Of a stretch of 64,000 nucleotides of DNA, positions 51,185 through 64,000 are shown one piece after another. A model generated the notes under the pieces. It was not told the origin of the DNA, did no database searches, and was given only the letters and a program-made list of their open reading frames with translations. Each line of letters opens with the position of its first letter. Positions within the stretch are counted from its first letter, which is position 1. This DNA comes from Euglena gracilis (lineage: Eukaryota), in contig CP154954.1 of the NCBI GenBank assembly GCA_039621445.1, positions 682,001-746,000 of the forward strand, written 5' to 3'. The translations under genes were made by a program, and so were the position numbers.

Positions 51185-51257
51185 TGAGGGCAAACGGATT
51201 CGAACCGCTGACATTCTGCTTGTAAGGCAGACGCTCTACCAACTGAGCTATACCCCC
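51185..51257 (-). tRNA. trnV: tRNA-Val(UAC)
   Basis: Mirror copy. Confidence 0.94.
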
Positions 51258-51287
51258 AGTTACTCAAATTATAGTAAATTTTGCTAA

Positions 51288-54200
51288 TTAATTTTTAAAA
51301 CCAGTACCTGCGGGAATAATATTTCCTAAAACTAAATTTTCTTTTAACCCAGATAACCAATCAGCTCTTCCTTGTAAAGCAGCTTTTGTTAAAACTCTAG
51401 TAGTTTCTTGAAAACTCGCTTGAGCTATAAAACTTTGACTAGATAGAGAAAAACGAGTCAATCCCATAATTATAGGCTCATAAACAATACTATTTACTAG
51501 TCTTTTATTTAATACCTCTACTAAATTAAGATCTAAAAAATCCCCTACCATAAAGCTAGAATCACCTGGATTAGTAACAATCACTTTTGACGTTATTTGT
51601 TTAACAATAAGTTCAATATGTTTATCCGCTATTTTGACACCCTGAGATTTATAAACAGTCTGAACACCATCTATTAAATATTTTTGTATTACCTCAAAAC
51701 TTTTTCGCGCAGCTACAAGATTCTCATAATCATCTAAAAAAGTAAAAAAAGACTCCGTCAATATATCATGAGGGTTATTTATTATTTCTTTTAACGAAGA
51801 AGTCATTCGAGCTTCTAACAATTTTTCTACTTTAGGCAATCCTTGAACTATATCATAAGTTTTTTCTCGGACAAAATTAACGCGATATAATAATTGGTTC
51901 TTTCTTATAAAAGGTTTATCTTCTATTCTCATCAATGTATCATCATTAGTCGAAAAAGGCATTACTTTTCGAAAAATCGAAAACTCTTTTCTTTCTTGTA
52001 TTATTTGAGAAGAATGAAGAAGCTTAAAATTACTAATTATTTGACCCGTTTTAAGAAAACATCCAATTTTAAAATTACCAAAAATACGCTTTTGTTTTTT
52101 AAGATTTCGAAGCATTATAACCTTATCTTGATCAAGTATACATGTAATAATATGTGAACTTCTTTTTTTTAAAACTTTCGATTTATCAACTAAACTATTA
52201 ACGTTCCTAATGTTAATAAATAATTTACCAAATTTACGAGGAAAAAGTTCTTTCTTCCTGTTAACAAATAATTCTTTTTTATGAACATTTGTAGTAGGAC
52301 AAATTAATTTATTTTTAAAAGAAAATTTCTTTGTCAAATGAAAAAATAAAGAAGTAAAACTCATAATAATAGAACTTATTATCCAAAATATTTTTCCAAA
52401 TTGCTTCGAATTAATTTGAGGGAAAAAGATTTGACCAGAAATTTTTGCCTTAACATCTCGAATTTCCTCAATACCAAAAACGTCATTTTTCAAGTTAGAA
52501 TTTACAGATTCTCCTATTATTTGCTTATCAAATATTTTTCTTCCTGGCTTAACATATAAAAGCGTACTAGAAGGTAAAAACATAATAGATTTACTAACGT
52601 CATTTTCGTAAATCACAATTTTTTTTTCTTGCAAAGTTAAAAAAGCTTTTTCCTTAAATTTATTATAAACTCTTCTTAACCCTGTAGTTAAAGTTGACCT
52701 ATAAAAATCACTTTTACGAAGTCATACTTGATATATTATATCATACGACTACTCAATTATAATTGTGATTAATTTAATGGCTAATACTTCATATTTATTT
52801 TATAATTGCGATCTATAAATTTAAATACTAATAATAAACATCCCCTAACCCCAAACTAATTTTAATCGTTCCTTCTATTTTAAAACATCGTTTTTTAGAA
52901 CATGTTTTATCAAATAAAGTTTAAAATTATAAATTTTATTAGAAAAACCATTTATTCTCACTCTATTTACTAAAAAAATACGTAACAAAATATAAACAAC
53001 ATTTTGTTTATCTATTCTGCAAAATTGATTTCAATTATAAAAAAATAAACTTACAATATAAATCAATTTAAAAAACTTTAAGTTACTATCTATAACAAGT
53101 AATAAATATAAAAATTGTAATACAATAACAAAGACAATTAGTCTAAAATAGAAAGTTTAATTCTGCCATTAAATATTGTAAAATTAAAAACGATACACAC
53201 TTCAAATCGTACCATATTTTTCCATTTAAAGGAGATGTTATAACTTCTTTTGCCTTTGCAGAAAAAACACCACCCGTATGAAAAGTTCGCATTGTTAATT
53301 GCGTACCAGGCTCACCTATTGATTGAGCAGCTAAAATTCCTACACATTCACCAAGTTCTACCATTTTGCCACAGGCTAAATTCCAACCATAGCATATTTG
53401 GCATATGCCTTCCATTAATACACAATTAAAAGGTGTACGAATATAAACCTCGGGAAAATTAATAATTTTTTTAAACGTATAGACTGAAAGTTAATATTTA
53501 ATAAAAATATTTCTCATTCGAAACCGAGCATGAAAATTCTTTTTCACTCGGCTACCTAAAAATCATAAACTTTTTATGATATTTAAGAAATATATCAGCA
53601 TATGCCGGTGATTACACCTACTACTTTTCATAGAGTATTTTAAACGTTTTTATAACATCGTTCAGACCTTTTGCTTCATATTCCATCCTTATAAATAAAA
53701 ATTCAATTCGTTTATACCATAACTACTATACATAAAAGGTATGTTTTAAAATGGCTCCTAATATAACTCCCCCTTAATTTTCAATAACAAAGTGTAATAA
53801 AATATTATAAAAAAAGTTGAAGCTTTTTAGTTTCTTAATTTTCTGTAAACCATATAAAATTACTATTTCAAATACTTTTAATACTTTGAAATTTTAATCC
53901 TGTTTTTTTATTCTAATAAAAAGGAAATTATGTTTAATAACAATGATCTGTATATTATTAGAATTTCGCTAATTTTAAAGTATAATAATCTTAGATAAAA
54001 ATTAATATAAAAGAATTTGCCACATTCCTTAAATTTTAAAATTTTTGTAGCTCGAACCACACATTACAAATATCTTGACCAGCACTAACTAAAATATCAC
54101 CTGTTTTGGCATTAACAATAGTTTTTGCTAATACTCTACCAATTAATTTTTCCTTCAAAAACTTTAGTTCTTCTTTATCTTGGTTTTGTAGTAATACGCA

Positions 54201-54875
54201 CGTATTATATTTTGTAAAACAATCCGACCTTTTTACAATTAAGTTTTGTGCTGTATAAATCATTCGTCTAGTTAAATACCCAGCATTAGCTGTTTTTAAA
54301 GCAGTATCAATTAAGCCTTTTCTAGCACCGTAACAAGAAACAAAATATTCAGTAATATTTAAACCTTCTTTAAAATTAGTTTTTATTGGAAAAGGAATTA
54401 CATTACCCTGAGAATCGGACATTAGTCCTCGCATACCTATCAATTGTTTCACCTGTGTAATACTACCCCTTGCACCTGACAAAGTCATAGAATACAAAGG
54501 ATTCAAAAAGTCGGATTGTCTCAAATTATTAATAGATTCTTTCTTCAAATTTTCATTAACGACATTCCAAATATCCCTTTCTTCATCCAAAACATTAATG
54601 AAATTTATCATACCATTTTTATATCGATTTCTCGTTTTAAATAAAATTTTTTCAGAACTTTTAACCAAATTTGCTTTTGAAGAAGGAATTTTAAGATCTC
54701 CAAGTCCTAATGATAATCCAGTGGTTGTTGCATAGGTAAAACCAAAATTTTTCATTTTATCCAATAACTCTTTTGTTCGGATACTACCATAATTTGACAA
54801 AAACCAGCTAATTAAATTTCTAATTTCATTTTTATCAAAAACTCTATTAAAACATACTATATTTCCGAAATTCAT
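51288..54875 (-). CDS. rpoC2: RNA polymerase beta'' (mirror copy)
   Basis: Exon translations identical to 42296-45883. Confidence 0.95.
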
Positions 54876-54966
54876 AATTAAAATAATAATTTAACAAACT
54901 TATTGAAATAAATCAATAAAATAATAAACTTTAAAACTACTTAGCTCATACAAAAAATTAAAGTAT

Positions 54967-58428
<3,462 letters not shown>

Positions 58429-58511
58429 AAATACAAAAATAAATAAAAATAAGTATCAGGTCTTAATTGACCATAAAAACTTCATAAAAAAAAAATAACT
58501 CAAAAATTTAA

Positions 58512-61500
58512 CTAATCGAATTTTTTATAATTATTTGTAAAAATTTTAATATCAATACATAAAGATTGCATTTCTAAAATAAATAACTTGAAAGCTTCGG
58601 GAATATTTGGCTTAGAAAAATAAGTACCATTTATTAAACTAAATAACGCTTCTGATCTATTTAATACATCATCAGATTTAATAGTTAATAACTCCTGCAA
58701 CAAATATGCAGCACCAAATCCTTCTATAGCCCAAACCTCCATTTCCCCAAACCTTTGTCCACCATTTTTCGATTTTCCACGTAAAGGTTGTTGAGTTACT
58801 GAAGAATAAGGGCCGGTAACTCTCGCATGAATTTTGTCTTTAACCATATGTATTAATTTTAAAATATACGCATAACCAAAAGCTACAGGGTGATCAAAAG
58901 GCCTACAATTTCTACCATCATATAAAAAGGCTTTTCCTGGATAATTTGGATTAAAAAGCCAATCTTTTTTAGTTCTTTTACGCGCTTCATTTAATTTTTT
59001 ATACACAAAAGATTTTGAATTCATACTTGTTTGGACTTCATCAAAAGGTTGAATTTTATACCTTTCTTTCAAAAATAAAGAAGACAAGTTTAACAAACTT
59101 TCAAAGACTTGACCAACATTCATTCTAGATGGTATGCCTAGAGGATTTAAAATCATATCAACAGGTGTACCATCAGGAAGAAAAGGCATATCTATAGACG
59201 GAACAATTTTCGAAATTATACCTTTATTACCATGCCGTCCTGCAATTTTATCACCTATTTGTATTCTGCGTTTTTCGGCAACATGAATAAGAACAGAACA
59301 ATTCGACTTTTTACATAAAATCTCAACACTTGTAACAATACCTACCAAAGAGCGAGGAGAACGTAAAGAAACGTCTTTTCGTACCTTATTGCCAAAAAAT
59401 GCTATTAACATTTTATTTTTTGGCGTATTTTTTAACTTAACTTTAATTCTTCCAATTAAAACATCCTGTGCTTTAATCTCTGAACCTATTTTAATAATAC
59501 CATTATTTTTCAAGTTTTTAATAGTTTTTAAACTTGCATTAGGAATAAACATACTAATATTTTCTTAAAACTTAACAAATTAATATTCGTTTTCAAACTA
59601 AACATCTAAACTAATAATAGATTTAGCTTTATTAAATAAAATAAACATTTTTCATTTAAATCAAAAAATTTTAATTGAATTTAATTTTTCATTAATAATG
59701 AAATATGAAAAAAAGCTAAATATAAATTTTTGAAAAAGTTATAAAAAAAATTAATAATTTTAAAAACAAATAAAAGTTATAATTAAATATCTCTAAATAA
59801 TATTTATACCAAAATTTACGAAAAATAAAATTAAGAATTAAATTTTCAAAATTAACTAAATTTAAATTCGCACACCTTTTTTTTCATCATTTACAATAAA
59901 AGTTTTAAATTTTTTCATATGTATAGAAGTAAAAATATCTTCAAAAACAAGCCTTTCACTAATAATTACGGCATCTTCAAAATTATAACCTTCCCATCCA
60001 AGGTACGCGACCAAAACATTTTTTCCTAAACAAATGCCACCTCTTAATGTACTCATACCATCAGCTATAATTTGTCCTTTTCTAACCCACTCACCTTCAT
60101 GAACAATAGGAATTTTCTGAATATAAACACCGTGATTCGATTTCTTAGGAGACTCTAAAAATAAATTTTTTGGTTAACTTTTTTAATAAGTTTAAAATTT
60201 TTTTGAGATATTTCATTTAAGCACCCCAATAAATTAAAAAAAGAATAATTTTTATTAAAAAATTCAATATTAGCACAATATTCTTCCTCTTGAATAACTA
60301 TTTTTTTTAAACTAGAATAAATTACTTTTCCACTACTTTTTGCTAAAACCGTGGCATCACTTTCTCGATTAATTAAAGCCTCGCGTCCAGTTTTTTTAAA
60401 AGGAACTTCCTTTTCCAATAAAATAAGAGATTGTCGTTGCATGTTTGAACCCATAAGAACCCTATTAGCATCGTTATGCTCCAAAAAAGGAACTAAGCCT
60501 GTACCTAATGAAGTAAATTGATCTGTTGAAATACTTATAAAATCAATATTTTTTGAGAAAGAATATGAAAAAATTTTACTTCTTTTAACACCTAGAAGCT
60601 TATTTTTATCTAAAAGATTACTTTGAGAACTTCTAAAGACATCAAACGGAGCTACTGTAAAATATTTTTCCTGCGCAGAAGAAATAAAATAAATTCCTTT
60701 ATTGGTTTCTATCTTTCCTCTCAAAACCTTATAAAAAGGGCTTTCTAAAAATCCATACTTATCAACTCTTACATCTTTTGCTAAAGATAAAATCAAACCA
60801 GCATTTTTTCCCTCACTTGTCTCAATAGGACAAACCCTTCCATATTGACTAGTATTTATTTCTCTTACATCTAACTTTGTTCTTTCTTTATTAAGACCAT
60901 TAGGACCAAAGGGACTTAACTTCCTTTTATGTGTAAGCTCAGACAAAGAATTTGTATCATCTAACAATTGAGAAAGTGGATTAACAGAAAAAAACTTTCG
61001 AATACGATTAGTTATAAAGTAAGAATTAAAAAATCTAGATAATCTAAAAGTTTTTTCAGAAGGATTTTTATAAAGAAATATCAATTTTTCTTTTAAACTA
61101 GATTCTAATTCATTTAAAATAATTCGGAATTGACTTTGAAGAAGTTCACCTATACTACGTACTAATTTGTTTTTTAAATCATCGATCTCATCAAAAGGTA
61201 TCATTAATAAAATATTGCTAAAAAATTTTTATAATAAATAAAAATTTTAATAAATTTAAATAAACAAACAAATAAAGATACTATTATTCTTCATTATTTC
61301 CCAACCTTTCTTTAACTCAATCAAATAATGAGCTATACCCAAAACATCTTCGGGTTGCAAAGTTCTATTACTTTGAAAAAATTCGGATCTATAAATTTTA
61401 GTATTAACCCTAAAGCGACCTACTTCACCCAAATCATATTTACGTGTTTAATCTCGGCTAATAATGCTGGCATAAAATAATAAATCAAAAAATTTTAAAA

Positions 61501-62758
61501 TAATCTATAAAAAATTTAACTTTTGTAAATTACAAAAAATACACGAATAAACTCAAGATCCATAAACTTTGAACGTAAAAATTTTCGGGCATTTCCTTTC
61601 AGATAAAAAAACATCTGAAAAAATAAAAAAATATTAATATCTTATTAACTAAAAAAATAATATAAAATAATAAAATCAAACATATAAAAATCTCAAAAAA
61701 CGAACATTAACTTCGTTTGGAAAAAATATTTTATAAAATTCGAAAAATTCCAATCTAATACCATAAGACTCACTTTCTTGTAACGTTTCTATAAAAATAG
61801 GATCGTTAAGATACAAAAAAAATTTTTTTCGGGATAGGCCTAAGCATTTCAAAAAATTTATTAAAGGTATAGCTGTCTTTATTTTGTCTACTTTAACGAA
61901 AATTCCCTCGTCTTGACCCAAATATAAAAAATTTTCAATTTTAAAAAAGAATTTAATTTAATGTAAAAATATAATTTAAAAATCCAAATTACTAAATAAC
62001 ATTTAAAAACGCACATCAATTTTAAAAGTTAACCAACTACCAAAAGTTGGTATTAACGTCGCAAATATGGAATCATTATAACGATTTTTTTCAAAATAAA
62101 CGCCAGGACTACGAATAATTTGGTTAAAAATGAATTAAAAAAACTCAAACCTAAAAATTAAAAAAAAATTAACTTATAAATATAATTAATAAAAAATTAA
62201 AAGTAATAATATAAACCACATCCATAATTCTTTTATTACCGTTAAAAATAAACGTACCTTTTTCAGTCATTAAAGGAATTTTTGCAAATAATATATATTT
62301 ATTTAATAAGATAATAAATTCTTTTTTGCTAAAAAAAAACTTATTATTATAATGAAAAATATATTATAAAATTAATAGGAAAAATAATAAAAATCTCTCC
62401 TAACAAGGAACATATTATTATAGGTAACTTCAACAGGTATATGAACAGATAAACTGTATGTTTCCCCGTTTTTCAATGCAAATTCAGCAGATATTTTAGG
62501 CTTTTTATATTTCACATTATCTGTTTGAAAGCTTATCCTAAAGCCTTCATGAGCTATATCTTTTATTTTTCTTAACTCTTCTACCAAACCCTTTTTTAAA
62601 AAGGAGCGAAAACTATTTCGTTGTATCATCAGTAAAATTTTTATCTAACATAAACATACCAAAAAAAATTATTTATTTATTTGTAATAAATAAAACCAAA
62701 GTTAAGAATTAATTCACAAATCTAATAAATTAGAGCGTACTCTACAACCATTTACCAT
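58512..62758 (-). CDS. rpoB: RNA polymerase beta (mirror copy; homopolymer frameshift near 60157)
   Basis: Exon translations match 34421-38669. Confidence 0.93.
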
Positions 62759-64000
62759 TTCTCACAAAGTTCAAACAGTCTGTTTCTTTGATTTGACATT
62801 AATAGTATAATGGATTTTTTAAAATTAATTTTAAATGCATATAAATTAACTAACCTTAATATTTAATAAAACAAAAAGTTCCCTTAAAAAAATAATGTTT
62901 TAAAACAATTACTTCGATGTTTATACAATTTTGCAGAAGTACTATTTTTCGCATTATTTTCATGGCCAAAATTAATTAACCAAGAACGAGCTTTTTTAAT
63001 CCTTTATTTTCAAAGGCTTTCTTACGGAAGTTTGCAACCAACCTGTTAATGCTTACTTCTCTTTTAGTTTCATTACTCTCCATTATTAAAGACAAATTAG
63101 ATGCTGAGTTAAATAAATAAATTTTCGAAAAAAATAAACGAACTCTTGTTAAATAATAGTTTTTTTATAACATAAATTTTGATATTACACTACATAAAAC
63201 TATTAGTTTTTCAAAAAAGTTGAAAAAATTAAAATGGTATTATATGAACAAATTGTTTTTATTAACTCAAAACTTTAAAAATTGAAAAATTTGCCTCTTT
63301 ATTAAATTTGATACTAAAAAATTATTGTCTTGTTTTTTTCATATCATAGGAGTTTTCTAAAAATTTAATAATTTATATTTTTTGTAAAAAAATTACTTGT
63401 TCTTACCATTTAATAAAAATTTGGCTTTTATTAAAAAAATTTTTTCATTAAATATTATATTGAAATTTATAACGAAAACGATGCTCTAATTCTATATTTA
63501 GTTGATTAGATGGAAATTTGATAAAATTAGAACCATTTTTACTAATATAAATAGGTCAAGTGTTACACATACAATAGAGAAAATAAACCATAAAAAATTA
63601 AAGTATTTTTAACAAAATTGACGTACAATTTTTGTCCTAACTTGAAAAAATAACAATCTTCAATTCTTGTAATAGGAAAGTTTGGCAAATTTATGGTATT
63701 ATAGTAAAATAACAAAGTTTAAACTAGCTCAATATTAGAAAAAATTTTAAGCAATAGTATAAATAATTATTAAATTGACAAAAAATCATAACCAAAAAAG
63801 TATTAGAGTTCAAATTTTTAAGAGTCACTTTTTCTTTATTCAAAGATTGTCTTAAAAATTTCTTTACAAAAAGTTCAAACATGATGTTTTTTTATTATTT
63901 AACTTGTTGAGAGAAAAATTTTTTATCAAAACTTTAAAGATTTTAACTACTTTAACAAAGAAATCGACAAAATTCATAAAAATCAATCAAAAACATACTC

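Overview
This window is euglenoid chloroplast DNA. The gene order, tandem ~5.9-kb rRNA operons, leader pseudo-tRNAs and group II/III introns point to Euglena gracilis or a very close relative. It is arranged as two large fold-back palindromes plus a psaB junction, so much of the large-scale layout is probably chimeric. Palindrome 1 has arms at 1160-10824 and 12307-21970. Palindrome 2 has arms at ~32554-48300 and ~48640-64000, with a degraded apex. The non-redundant content is: a psaB exon, an ORF/repeat island (10825-15700), three rRNA operons (16S-trnI-trnA-23S-5S), rpoB-rpoC1-rpoC2, trnV-N-R, trnL, rps11, rps4 and trnY-H-M-W-E-G. The main finding is that the island upstream of the rDNA looks derived from circular Rep-encoding ssDNA (CRESS) virus or plasmid sequence. 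It holds (i) a frameshifted geminivirus-type Rep with its motifs in the correct order, (ii) an intact 351-aa ORF whose N-terminus resembles a circovirus/nanovirus-type Rep nuclease lacking its catalytic residues, (iii) several deleted paralogs of that ORF, one on the far side of the rDNA, and (iv) a possible capsid C-terminal fragment. All protein similarities were judged by eye against recalled family motifs. No database search was run, and novelty needs a literature check.
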